A stretch of 64,000 bases of DNA from Waddliaceae bacterium (GTDB taxonomy: Bacteria; Chlamydiota; Chlamydiia; Chlamydiales; SLFE01), in contig CAVYRW010000004.1 in NCBI GenBank assembly GCA_963771045.1, forward strand, positions 1,184,001-1,248,000. Direction: 5' to 3'. The first letter of the stretch is position 1, and every line of letters begins with the position of its first letter. The notes beneath the pieces are model-generated. The model saw only the letters and a list, made by a program, of their open reading frames with translations. It made no database searches and had not been told where the DNA came from. The translations under genes were made by a program, and so were the position numbers. Shown one piece after another: positions 43,420 to 53,817 of this stretch.

Positions 43420-44457
43420 ATGAATTCCCTATTTTGCTGGCTGTATTGGAATCCTTCGCGAGAAATCTTCCATATCCCACTCATAGATCATCCCGTGACC
43501 TGGTATGGAGCCTTTTTCGCTCTCGGGTTTGCTATTTGCTATGTTTTGCTGGTCTCTATAATTAAAAAACAATTTTTAATCTCAGGAATCGTCAAGCCTT
43601 CCAAAATCAAAAGTTTAAGCAAGCTTCAAGAAGAATCCACAAAGATCCCTTATCCCCCCACTGTCGCGGGGCTGAACCGGACGCTCCAAGATCCTGAATT
43701 CTGTTCGACCCCTGAAGAAGGAATGCTCAAATTGGAAGCCTTGCTGCCGGAGGCGCTCTATAAAGCCAAAGATATGGCCTTGTTTTTAGTCGACCGCCTC
43801 TTGTGGTATATCATCCTTGGAACGCTTATCGGCGCGAGGCTTGGCGAAGTGATATTTTACGATTTCCCTCTTTTCTGGCAGAATCCCATGGAAATTTTTA
43901 TGGTTTGGCACGGAGGCCTTGCTAGCCATGGCGCGGCGATCGGCATTTTACTTTCGCTTTACCTTTTTTATATCCGTAAAAAGGATTCGCTTCCCGGAAG
44001 ATCGTTTTTTGATTTTTTGGACCTGTTCGTGATTCCGCTTCCTCTAGCATTTGCCTGCATCCGATTCGGAAACTTTATCAATCAGGAAATCCTCGGCACC
44101 CCTACCGAGGCGCCATGGGCCATAATCTTCGGAAATCCGATTGATCGGCTGCCTATTATCCCGAGACATCCTGTGATGCTCTATGAAGCCGCCGCCTACG
44201 TCGCCCTCTTCGGCATTCTCTACTTCTTTTGGCGTCAAAAGAGGGCACAACTAAGGACTGGGATGATTTCAGGAATATTTTTCATTTACGCCTTTTCAGC
44301 TAGGTTTATACTGGAATTCTTTAAAGTCTCTCAAGGCGGCTACACCCTAATTCCTGGGCTTGACATGGGACAGGTTCTCAGTATCCCTTTTATCCCTTTG
44401 GGCATTATTTTAGTTTGGCAGGCATTGAAGATTCGGCCTAAAGTCATTGATTTTTAG
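43420..44457 (+). CDS. lgt: Prolipoprotein diacylglyceryl transferase
   Basis: WYG, IGARLGEV, GGLASHG, RFGNFINQE, RHPVMLYE, RFILEFFK. Confidence 0.95.
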   Translation: MNSLFCWLYWNPSREIFHIPLIDHPVTWYGAFFALGFAICYVLLVSIIKKQFLISGIVKPSKIKSLSKLQEESTKIPYPPTVAGLNRTLQDPEFCSTPEEGMLKLEALLPEALYKAKDMALFLVDRLLWYIILGTLIGARLGEVIFYDFPLFWQNPMEIFMVWHGGLASHGAAIGILLSLYLFYIRKKDSLPGRSFFDFLDLFVIPLPLAFACIRFGNFINQEILGTPTEAPWAIIFGNPIDRLPIIPRHPVMLYEAAAYVALFGILYFFWRQKRAQLRTGMISGIFFIYAFSARFILEFFKVSQGGYTLIPGLDMGQVLSIPFIPLGIILVWQALKIRPKVIDF

Positions 44458-44497
44458 TGAAATTTGATTTATTATTATTTGTGATCGGAGAAAAATT

Positions 44498-44764
44498 ATG
44501 GGTAAGTTAATATTTGAAAATAATAACGAAGAAGTCGAACTTCAGGAAGGAGACTCCATTGCCGAAGCTTGTGAAGAGCAAGGCGTCCCCTTTGCCTGCA
44601 CTGAAGGGGTTTGCGGCACATGCGTTATCGAGATTGTTGACGGCCAGGAAAATCTGACCGATCAAACGCAGGAGGAGGAAGACTTTTTGGGGCCGGGAGT
44701 GACTGATGAAAGGCTTGCCTGCCAATGCCACATGAGAAATGGAAATGTAACTATTAGGTTTTAA
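44498..44764 (+). CDS. 2Fe-2S ferredoxin
   Basis: ACTEGVCGTC...RLACQC. Confidence 0.92.
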   Translation: MGKLIFENNNEEVELQEGDSIAEACEEQGVPFACTEGVCGTCVIEIVDGQENLTDQTQEEEDFLGPGVTDERLACQCHMRNGNVTIRF

Positions 44765-44769
44765 GCATT

Positions 44770-45342
44770 ATGTCGGAAGAAGCCAAATCACAAATTCATC
44801 GCGGAATGACAATTTCCGCAATACTTGGAATGTTCCCTCACAAGGCTCAACGCCTCTCTCAGGAAATTTCCAATGCCGGACTGCACTGCATCGGCTGCAA
44901 TGCCGCAACAATGGAGACCCTTGAACAAGGGATGTACGTTCATGGAAAATCCGATGCTGAAATCGATCAACTTGTCGACAAGCTCAACGTCCTTCTCGAA
45001 GAAAAGGTCGACCATTCAACAATCACCATGACTGCTCGAGCGGCTAAAAAATATCTCTCTGTTCTTGAATCAGAAGGGAAGCAGGGCTGGGGAATACGTT
45101 TTGATGAAAAAATGGCCGGGTGCAACGGATTCGAATATATTCTCGACTATTCTGAAAAAGCACGCGAAGACGATGAAATCATCATCTCTCAAGGGATTGA
45201 ACTTCATGTGAAAAAATCGATGATCGACCGGCTTCTCGGCTCTGAGATCGACTATATCGACGGACTTCAGGGATCGGGATTTAAAATTAGCAATCCCAAC
45301 GTGAAGTCATCCTGCGGCTGCGGCACCTCGCATGGCTACTAA
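44770..45342 (+). CDS. HesB/IscA Fe-S assembly protein with N-terminal DUF1858-like domain
   Basis: GLHCIGC N-domain; GCNGFEY, NPNVKSSCGCG. Confidence 0.9.
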   Translation: MSEEAKSQIHRGMTISAILGMFPHKAQRLSQEISNAGLHCIGCNAATMETLEQGMYVHGKSDAEIDQLVDKLNVLLEEKVDHSTITMTARAAKKYLSVLESEGKQGWGIRFDEKMAGCNGFEYILDYSEKAREDDEIIISQGIELHVKKSMIDRLLGSEIDYIDGLQGSGFKISNPNVKSSCGCGTSHGY

Positions 45343-45343
45343 G

Positions 45344-45753
45344 ATGGGGAAGAAAAAAAGAGTTTCGGAGATCATCTCTCATATTTCGCTTGGGGCAAAT
45401 CATTTTGATCGAGCTGTCGAATTTTACGAAAAAGTGTTAGCTCCTCTCGGCATCAAAAAAGTGATGGAGTTTGAGGATGCTGTCGCTTTCGGGAAGCATA
45501 GCCCCGAGTTTTAGATCCAAATTCCCATCGATGGAAAGAAGGCCGGAAGCGGAAGCGGCACTCACGTTGCTTTCATCGCTCCGGACAAAAAGTCGGTAAG
45601 AGATTTCCACAAAGTTGCCCTCAAGCTGGGCGCGAAAGACGAAGGAAAGCCCGGCCCTCGCCCCGACTAAAGGGACATTACATTGCGTTTGTCCGCGACC
45701 TGGACGGCCACAAAATCGAAGCTACATTCTTTGACAGCTCACTCGTTGAGTGA
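45344..45753 (+). pseudogene. VOC/glyoxalase-family pseudogene
   Basis: ISHISLG...FYEKVLAPLG, GTHVAF, AFVRDLDGHKIEA; internal TAG/TAA and a frameshift. Confidence 0.8.
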
Positions 45754-45899
45754 CAGTTATTCGATTATCTTCTCAAATCGCTCAACACATATCAGAAGAA
45801 GATCTATCCGATCGGATTTGTCGGTCCGATCCGCTGCCAAGGCATTGCAGGAAAATTGATGCCTAAAATATTTTCCTGCAATCAACCGGCATTTTTCAA

Positions 45900-46598
45900 T
45901 TATGACTTTGAATAAAGCGAAAAAGTCTGACATTTGATTCGGAAAATTTTCTTCAGCACTCCAGCATCAGTTTTGCTTAAAATAATGGAATATTTTGGTT
46001 GAATATAACTACTTTCTTTGCAACTTTTTGATTCGTCTTTAACCCGAGCAGAGAAGATAGAACTTTTTAAATTTATAGATTCAACAATTTCATCCAAAAT
46101 CCCCTTATCAACATTGTCTATATCGATCCATTTAATACGATTGTATGCATCTTTTTTGATATCCTTCTCAAATCTGTTAATTAATTCACCGTTTTTCTCT
46201 TTCTTGTATTTAAGAAATTCAGTTTTTTTCTTTGCAGCGCTAACAAACGGAGTCTTGTCAAGATCAGCTTCTTCTTTCTTTGGAAGGGAAATTTTTAATT
46301 GCGAGCGAGTTTTCTCTACACGGTAACCACTTTGAAGAAGATCTTGATTAATTTGATTTATGATCAAAGCAGGAACTTTTTTAGAATGCCAAACGGTTTC
46401 AAAATCATCTGCATCAGCACTACCCCAAACCTCAACAATCCTGGAACTCGCAATGGTTAATTTAAATTCCCATTCTTTGAGAGGATATGGTTGTCTCAGA
46501 ACCGAATCGATGATTTCTTTATATTTTTCATAGGTTTCTTGGTTGTTGTCGGTCCAGGAAATTGGCTTTAAGAAAGCTTTTGGCAACTGCACGTTCAT
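45900..46598 (-). CDS. Hypothetical lysine-rich protein
   Basis: 232-aa ORF with GGAGG RBS. Confidence 0.65.
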   Translation of the reverse strand: MNVQLPKAFLKPISWTDNNQETYEKYKEIIDSVLRQPYPLKEWEFKLTIASSRIVEVWGSADADDFETVWHSKKVPALIINQINQDLLQSGYRVEKTRSQLKISLPKKEEADLDKTPFVSAAKKKTEFLKYKKEKNGELINRFEKDIKKDAYNRIKWIDIDNVDKGILDEIVESINLKSSIFSARVKDESKSCKESSYIQPKYSIILSKTDAGVLKKIFRIKCQTFSLYSKS

Positions 46599-46675
46599 TT
46601 AAAGATACCTCCACATAAAATTTTAAAAGGCGTAACGTTAACTTTTTCTTATTTTGTTGTCTACTAAAAAAACAT

Positions 46676-47746
46676 GGTTCTTGTGAAGAATTGGGGGCGG
46701 CATGGCCCCTTTACTGGAGGCTCATGAACGCTAGAAAACTTCTGCTTTTGATCCCGCTCGCTCTTTGCTCTTACTATGGACAACTTTCAATCATACCCAT
46801 TTTGACATTTATTTTTATCTGGTGCATTATTGAGTCTTAATTATTTGCTAATTATAAATTTTGCTGCCTCTCTTATCCGCATGGTTTCCTTAACATCCTA
46901 AGGGTATATCCAGCTATGGAAGCGGGGCTTAATGGTTCGTGATACGATTACAGCATTTTTAACTATTAGACATTCAGAGTTATGGATTAGATAAACCTAA
47001 AAAATTTAGAACCAAGAATTGTGACTATTCCAGAAATAACGCTTGTTGCAAAAGGTATTTCAATGTCATTTGCTCAGGATAAAACTCATGAGCTCTGGCA
47101 AAGTTTCGGACCGATAATTACAGACATTCCTTATAAAAAAGACAATGATAAATATTCCGTTCAGATTTATCCTGATGCTGCTTTTTTTTAAAAATTTTAA
47201 CCCGACAAGGGCATTCAAAAAATATGCTGCAGTGAAGGTAAGTGATTATGGAGATTTACCAGACGGGTTAGAAAAGCTCATTATTCGAGAAGGGCAATAT
47301 GCTGTATTTGACTATATAGGCAAACCGAGTGAAGCATCTGAGACTTTTTGTTATATCCTATGTCAATGGATCCTGAACTCCAAATACACACTAGATGACA
47401 GACCACATATCGCAAAAATGGGTGAGAAATATAAAGGTGAACAATCTGGCTCTGAGGAAGAATTATCAATTCCAATCATTTAATCGCCACAATCAATCTC
47501 AAACCTTGAGTTCAAAAATAATAATCAGATCGTACTCTCATGCATCGGTTTGAGGGTCTGTTAAGTTATTTCGATCATAGAATCGATAGCGGCAAGGCGG
47601 AAGGTATCAATAACAAGATTAAGGTCCTCAAAAGACAAGCATATGGATTTCAAGATAATGTCAATTAGTAGGCTGACTTATATGTGTGATTTTTACTCAC
47701 AGGGAACAGCTCTCGAAATGACCGCCCCCAATTCTTCACAAGAACC
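46676..47746 (+). mobile_element. ISL3-derived non-autonomous element carrying cargo
   Basis: Perfect 25-bp terminal IRs GGTTCTTGTGAAGAATTGGGGGCGG; ISL3 transposase C-terminal remnant SGKAEGINNKIKVLKRQAYGF at ~47565-47655. Confidence 0.8.
47005..47483 (+). pseudogene. GyrI-like small-molecule-binding protein (frameshift at T-run, ~47182-47189)
   Basis: LEPRIVTIPEITLVAKGISMSFAQDKTHELWQSF in one frame; GQYAVFDYIG...LDDRPH...EEELSIPI in the next. Confidence 0.75.
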
Positions 47747-47778
47747 AAAAAAATTCATCTTATTCATCCTTGCTGCTG

Positions 47779-48552
47779 TTAAGACTTAGCCTGCTCCATT
47801 TTCTCCCTGCAGATTGGAAGCCCTTGAGCGATGCTTTCCCTAAATTCGTTGCTGTAGTCCTCGTGCTGAGTTTTAGCCTGCTCGCAAAGCTCATAGTACA
47901 TACCGAAAATTCTGAAGACTTTGGGATTGTTCATCCCTGTCATGAGCAGGTCCATTTCTTCTAAATTTAGAGTTTTGAATACCTCCTGGCCAATCATCAT
48001 GCGCTCGGTCATCAATGGCTTGCACACCTCATCGGGAATGGCAGCAAATTTTTCCTGCATTTTCTCCTGCTCTTCCTCGGATAAAGTCGTTACCAAGCCC
48101 TTTGTAAGCCACGCCTTAGCGGATTCGGTCAGATTCACTTTTTCGTATCCCTGTTCGATATAAGGAACAATGCGATCGTAATAAAAACGGTACATGTCAT
48201 TCATTTTTTGTTCGGTTTTTTGTTGAACAGGGATCATCGCTTTAAAAACATCCGAATTGACCGCAACATTCACAAGATTGTCTTTTGATTCTTTTAATTG
48301 TTTATATAACTCTTTCACTTTTTCTTGATTTAAGCTGAGCTTCTCTGCATATTCAGGATTTTTTGTGCTGAGCCTTTGCTTTATGCCTGTGTGCAAGGTC
48401 TCCACCTTTGACTGAAGCTCGTCATATGTCATCGAAAATGTTGATGATAAATCTTCAAAGATCGACAGAGCAGTCGTGATCCATTCTTTTTGCTCTGTCG
48501 GTTTTTCCTGCGGATGTGTTTGATCCTGGCTTTTCTCATTGACAGGTTCCAT
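47779..48552 (-). CDS. Hypothetical helical protein
   Basis: 257-aa ORF with AGGAGGAG RBS. Confidence 0.75.
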   Translation of the reverse strand: MEPVNEKSQDQTHPQEKPTEQKEWITTALSIFEDLSSTFSMTYDELQSKVETLHTGIKQRLSTKNPEYAEKLSLNQEKVKELYKQLKESKDNLVNVAVNSDVFKAMIPVQQKTEQKMNDMYRFYYDRIVPYIEQGYEKVNLTESAKAWLTKGLVTTLSEEEQEKMQEKFAAIPDEVCKPLMTERMMIGQEVFKTLNLEEMDLLMTGMNNPKVFRIFGMYYELCEQAKTQHEDYSNEFRESIAQGLPICREKMEQAKS

Positions 48553-48677
48553 TATACTCCTCCTTAAATAGTCAATTTAACTATGAATTTTAGACAATAA
48601 GAAGAGGCATAATAAAAGTCTACCAGATTCTAATCATGATCATTTTCTTAAACGAAAGAGTTTTTATATTCAATCTA

Positions 48678-48896
48678 TTAAGAATTTGAATCTGTGCCTC
48701 TTCGATTGAGGTTAATTCCACGCCTGATACATTGATTTATAGCTCTTTGGATTCTTTCTTCCAATTCCGGAGTTCCATAATTATTTTGAATTCCAGCTCT
48801 AATCCTCATCTTTTCAGATTCGGAAAGAAATTCTGTTGGAATAGCTTCAAGATTTTCAAGAGCTTTACTTCTTTTATCCATCGGATTAACTTGCAT
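48678..48896 (-). CDS. Small hypothetical protein
   Basis: 72-aa ORF with GAAGG upstream. Confidence 0.4.
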   Translation of the reverse strand: MQVNPMDKRSKALENLEAIPTEFLSESEKMRIRAGIQNNYGTPELEERIQRAINQCIRRGINLNRRGTDSNS

Positions 48897-48928
48897 AAAC
48901 TACCTTCATTTTAAACATAATTAATGTG

Positions 48929-49487
48929 TTACATCGGATCAGTCAACGTACCGAAATCGATGAGTACGACTCTCTTATTCTTTTGCACCAAGACATTTCC
49001 TCGTTCATTTTCTCTTGTGGTTTTCACACCTATTTTACGGAGAAAATTGATTGCCGATCTGTAGTGCGTTTCCTGCTCAGTAGATAAGGGGTCATGTTGT
49101 GCCGATGTCATCCCTGGCACATATTCGAGAACGAGCCATTTTCGATTAATAAAATATCACTGCCATAATATTTGACGATGCTTGAATGCCCCCTTTATGC
49201 CTGGTCATTTCCAGCATTTCGTCTTCTTTATCTCTCGAATCTCTTAAAATCTTGATAGCAACAGTTTTCACAAGGCCCACCTCTTTTGCCAGAAAAACAT
49301 CTCCATAGCATCCGGATGAGGATATGTGCTTTACAATGTTATAGGCCTTCCCGTCAATCATATGAGTCTTATCAATGTTTTCCAGAATCCAATCGACAAA
49401 CTTCTTTGACCCCGCCGGTAATTTTGCCGGCTCTGAATAGCTTCGCTCATCAAATAAAGCTTTATAGCCGCGATAATAATTTCGACG
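48929..49487 (-). pseudogene. Ser/Thr kinase-like 3' part of a split F-box-LRR-kinase gene
   Basis: SGCYGDVFLA, VAIK, HSSIVKYYG, WLVLEYVPG, GNVLV...VLIDFG spread over shifting frames. Confidence 0.75.
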
Positions 49488-50566
49488 TTGAACCTCCCCA
49501 TGGCTAAAGCCAGGGGATTCCGGACGGGGCTCACGCACACCTCTCGAGGCTCGTTCCGAGCCCGACAAGGAGAGTGTTAATCGCAGCATTGTGATCGCGA
49601 TCGTGTAGAATACCACATCCTGTACACTCCCATTGTCTTACCGACAAGCCTGATGTCCCTGTTGGGCCTGTTTTGGCCAAACAGTTCGAACAGGTCATGG
49701 TGGAACCTTTGGAATCAACTTCGATGTACTTCCTACCGCCTGCACGGCACTTGTATGAGAGCATTTGGCGAAGTTGGTAGTGGCCGCTTTCCGCCACTGA
49801 TTTCCCGTATTTCTTGGCTATCCCTTGGATATGATCTTTGCTAAAGGCAATCGTTTCGTATTCCTCAACAAGTTTCCGAGATAGCTTATGGTTGTCGTCT
49901 TTGCGACGATTTTTAATTCTTTCTTGCAATCTTGAGGTCAGCTTTTGCCTCTTTCCTCTTTGTGCCTGTGCTAGTCGGCTTTCTAATTGCTTTAATCGTT
50001 TTGGTTTCTGAATCTTTTCCCCGGTGGAGAGGGTTAATGTTGTCTTAAATCCCGGATCAATACCGATTTTTTCGTATCTTTTATGTGGTATAGCCTTCGG
50101 TTCTGCCTCGATAAATAGACAAAGATACCAACCTGATGCACGTTTAACAATACGACCACATTTGATCTTTCCTTGAGGAATTTCCTGTTTGTGAAAGCGA
50201 ATCAACCCAATTCCCGGGAGTTTAAAGTACACGCCGTCTGGTCTTCTAATTGGATCAAGGAAAGGGATCGAGTTGAGACGGTTTCGACAACCTTTAAGCC
50301 TAGGCTTTTTCCCTAGCTTTTTAAAACATCGGCTCCAAGCATCCCAAGCGGTACATAGCATCCCTTGCAATGTGTGGGAGGGTATATCGAGTTTCTTTCC
50401 ATGATTCGCTAGCAGATTCTGAAACTCTTTCTTGCTGTAGAAAATGCTGTCCTTTGCGTCGAGTTCGATTTTTCGGATTGCCCAATTCCAAACACGAGTC
50501 AAAATTAAAAGCCATTCGGAAAGAACTGCTTCTTGCTTAGATTTTACTCTTAATTTGATTTGGGTT

Positions 50567-51963
50567 GAGGATGTCCCGTTTTTAGTTGAAATTCGGTGAC
50601 TCCATATACCAGTTTACGCAACCTTTGTTTTTATTTCACTCTGAATTCGGATTATCCTTTCCCTTACCTCTTCGATTGAAAAATATCCTTTAACTTTTCG
50701 AAATCTTTTTTCTGCATCCAAGAGGGTTGTCCCCAACCATCTTTGCGCCATTTTACCCTTTGTTTGAATACGAGTTATACGGCCCATACGCCGGCTTGTA
50801 TTTGAGAACACTGATTCAATCGGATTTGTGGAATGCAGTGTCTTCCTCAAACGAGGAGGCACTTTTAAACAATGCACCGTGAGGAGTTCTTCAAAACACT
50901 CACGGAGAGATTCCGCTGCAGATGGGTTGATTGTTTCAAGCCAACTCTCCAATTTCTTGAGTTCATTCTTAGCATCTTCATACTCAAGGCAATTTATTGC
51001 ATTTCGGAAGCGATGATGCGCTTCTTTTCGATATTTTTTGGGAAGATGCTTTTGGATATTTCTGTCTTTATGAATCGTACATCTTTGATGTATAAGTAAT
51101 TTTCCAAACCTATCCTTCAGAGCCTTAATGATCCTTTTTCCTCCATCGGTTATAAAAAGTATTTTCTCATCAAGCTTTAGTCCTCTGCGGTCGAGATTGT
51201 TCAACAGCTCTTGACAAATCACATTATTCTCAGTTGCACCTTCCCAAAAACCAAGAGAATGCTTATTTCCTTCAAGATCAATTGCCATTGCCACAATAAA
51301 AACTTTTCCTGCCAGATGATAACCATCAATGAGGATAGCGAAGGGAGAAAAACTGCTTAAATCTCTATCTTTTAATTCTTTAAGCTGTTTACTTGTCGCC
51401 GCTTTCAAATGCCGTGAAACAGAGGATTTAGAAATACCGAAGTGGTCAAGCAAACCGTCCAGCGCACCCTCATACTCCCTGCAAGAGATCCCCTTTAAAG
51501 CTTTTTCTAAGAGATCATCAGAAAATCTATCCTTATTATTTAGTTCCTGATATACAGAGAGTTGGACTTCCTTTTTATCCTTCCGCAAACGTGGCTTTTT
51601 TACTTTTAATTTTTCTCCTCCCACATAAACAGAACCCGCCTGGGATCCCCATTTCTCCCATCCGGGCAGTGGATCGTATTTAGGTCCGGCAAGCATTTCT
51701 CTTTCTGAAGAAAAAAGAAACTCGATCAAGCATTTCTTTAAGGAAATAAAAAACTGATCGAAATCGTCCTTAGCAGCTCCAATGAGATAAGCAATTTTCT
51801 CTTCGGGGCATGCAAATGAGAGAAGATCTGTTGATTTATTCTGTGATGTGCGACTATTCATCTTGTGGCTCCTTTGTTTTTTTGTTTTTTGTCAAAATTA
51901 CATATTGACTATAGGAGCCACCTCTTTTCAAGATAAAATTTCAACTAATTTTGGGACATTCTC
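50567..51963 (-). mobile_element. IS256-family element
   Basis: IRs GAG(G/A)ATGTCCC....TTAGTTGAAATT; 8-bp target duplication TTTGGGTT at 50559-50566 and 51964-51971. Confidence 0.93.
50614..51861 (-). CDS. IS256 transposase
   Basis: ILIDG, FITDG, QRCTIHKDRN, STNPIES. Confidence 0.92.
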   Translation of the reverse strand: MNSRTSQNKSTDLLSFACPEEKIAYLIGAAKDDFDQFFISLKKCLIEFLFSSEREMLAGPKYDPLPGWEKWGSQAGSVYVGGEKLKVKKPRLRKDKKEVQLSVYQELNNKDRFSDDLLEKALKGISCREYEGALDGLLDHFGISKSSVSRHLKAATSKQLKELKDRDLSSFSPFAILIDGYHLAGKVFIVAMAIDLEGNKHSLGFWEGATENNVICQELLNNLDRRGLKLDEKILFITDGGKRIIKALKDRFGKLLIHQRCTIHKDRNIQKHLPKKYRKEAHHRFRNAINCLEYEDAKNELKKLESWLETINPSAAESLRECFEELLTVHCLKVPPRLRKTLHSTNPIESVFSNTSRRMGRITRIQTKGKMAQRWLGTTLLDAEKRFRKVKGYFSIEEVRERIIRIQSEIKTKVA

Positions 51964-51975
51964 TTTGGGTTTGAA

Positions 51976-52377
51976 TCATACCGTTTTCTGATTCTCCACA
52001 TATTGCTTAATCACACTTAGAGGAGCACCCCCTACCGTCGAAACGAAATAAGAATTTGTCCAGAGGGTGGGAAGACGAGAACGAAGGTGAGGAAAACTTT
52101 GTCTTAAAATTCTTGAGCTTTTCCCTTTGATTTCCTTAATCAACTTATGGATGCCATATTGAGGATCAACCTCAACGAGAAGATGCACATGATCCGGCAT
52201 TAATTCCATAGCAAGTATTTCGCTTCTCCTTAATTGGCAAACTTCCTCGATGATTGCCCTGAGTTCCTTTTGGACAAAATCGTTTAGTACATTACGCCTA
52301 TATTTTGGACACCACACAACGTGGTACTTGCATGAGTACACCACATTGTGATTAGATTTGTATTTAGAAATCGTCAT
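51976..52377 (-). CDS. tnpA: IS200 Y1 transposase TnpA
   Basis: YHVVWCPKYRR, MPDHVHLL (HUH), KGKSSR, LWTNSYF, YVENQ. Confidence 0.95.
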   Translation of the reverse strand: MTISKYKSNHNVVYSCKYHVVWCPKYRRNVLNDFVQKELRAIIEEVCQLRRSEILAMELMPDHVHLLVEVDPQYGIHKLIKEIKGKSSRILRQSFPHLRSRLPTLWTNSYFVSTVGGAPLSVIKQYVENQKTV

Positions 52378-52472
52378 GCTAACGCATTATATGGCGACAA
52401 CTAATATAATTCAAGTCGCTCCTTAACCCCATAACTAATTCCAGGGGATTGCGTCGCGATTTCGTTCAGTTG

Positions 52473-53570
52473 CTCAATGATCTCTTTCGATTGTGGAGTT
52501 AATCCAGAGTATATACCGATCGTCCGCAGATTTTTGCAATTTAAGATCTCTCGTGGAATTGAGAGTTTTTTTGGTACTAAAAATCCTTAAATAAGATAAT
52601 TTTTTTAGTTGGCCAATTTCAGGTGGAAGGGATTTTAATTCACTATCAGAAACTGTGAGATGCACCAAATTATATAGTTTTCCAATTTCAGGGGGAAGTA
52701 CCTTCAACTTTCGATTTCTCTGAAACACAAGCTGGATTAATTTTTTATCATCAAACATCCCAATTTCAGGAGGCAGAAAATTAAGCTCAATTTTTTAACT
52801 TCCTCCAATTCGAGTATTTACATAACAATCTCCGGGATCAATGGTTTTCAAATATTGCCGCCATTGCTTTGCTTCTTCTGTCCTTTGATTAAGATCTTCA
52901 AGGTTTTTCGCCAGCTCGACGTTGACATTTTCTTCAAGTTGAACGTCAGCTCCTGTGACCTCGTTCCAAGGATGTAAGGTGAACATTAACCGACACAGTT
53001 GACAAAGCCCTAAATCTTGACATTTTTGAATATGAGAATTGATTTTTTCAACATTTTCGGCTGTGTAAGTTATGAATTCTTCATCATCTATGGTTGCAGT
53101 GAAAAGATTTCGAGGAACATCGTAGTCTTCGCAGATTCTTTGTAATTCATGAAAAAATCTTACTTTTAAACGATCACCAAAAAAACATCTAATGTATCGG
53201 ATTTGCTTTTACCAAAACTGCTTCTGAAAATTCCCAATATTTTGGATTTTATGCTTTTTTTAGGGGTAGTTTCTGCTTTCATTAAATCAACAACTCTTGA
53301 AAATATTTCAGGGAAATCGTTTTTCATTTTGCTATATGTGACAATAGACGGGTCTTGAACAATACGCCTCCAATCTCTATTCGCTGATCCAAGCATAGCA
53401 AGTGATTTAGGATCAAGATGTTGAGTAATATAAAGCTTAAGCTCATCGGGCAGTCGATCCACTGTCAACTCATCGGAGATCCGATGTTCTTGAGGCAGTG
53501 AAGCTTCCTTATCGGGTTCAATATTCATAACCGTCTCCTCTTTTACAGGCAATGTAAAAGCAAAAACCAT
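52473..53570 (-). pseudogene. F-box + LRR 5' part of the split gene
   Basis: F-box LPDELKLYITQHLDPKSLAMLGSANRDWRRIV; LRRs LKVLPPEIGKLYNL and LKSLPPEIGQLKKL; frameshifts mostly at A/T runs. Confidence 0.78.
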
Positions 53571-53817
53571 GCCAGATATTAAATTTTAGGAATGTTTAAG
53601 CATGAATGACGCGGCCGAGGGCATTGAGCGACGCTTCTTTGGTGGCCTCGCTCATTGTCAAAGTCGATCAGACAATGCCCCCCTTAAAACTTGAGAACGA
53701 ATCTCAAGCAAGATCCTGCTTAAGCTTGCCTACAGATCCTTGAGAAATCCCGGTTAAATTGTTGATCGATAATCTGAATCCAAGTACACTCCTGGTATTT
53801 TTCAACGGAGGTATGTT

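Larger units (their letters stand above)
49531..51979 (-). pseudogene. tnpB: TnpB (~347 aa when restored), interrupted near codon 6 by IS256
   Basis: Restored MIQTQIKLRVKSKQ...; GIDPG (RuvC-I), CSNC/CTGC zinc finger, HDRDHNAAIN (RuvC-III). Confidence 0.88.
49488..52472 (-). mobile_element. IS200/IS605-family element (tnpA + tnpB) with a nested IS256
   Basis: Subterminal hairpins ATCCCCTGG...ATGGGG at both ends; right end TTCAA; TTGAG 5' of the left end; removing it restores the host reading frame. Confidence 0.88.

Noticed and set aside
45844..45882. 13-bp inverted repeat ATTGCAGGAAAAT...ATTTTCCTGCAAT
   Set aside because: Lies between convergent genes and is adequately explained as a terminator-like hairpin
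49146..49616. 156-aa ORF as a real gene
   Set aside because: Chimera of the IS605 right end read into the kinase remnant
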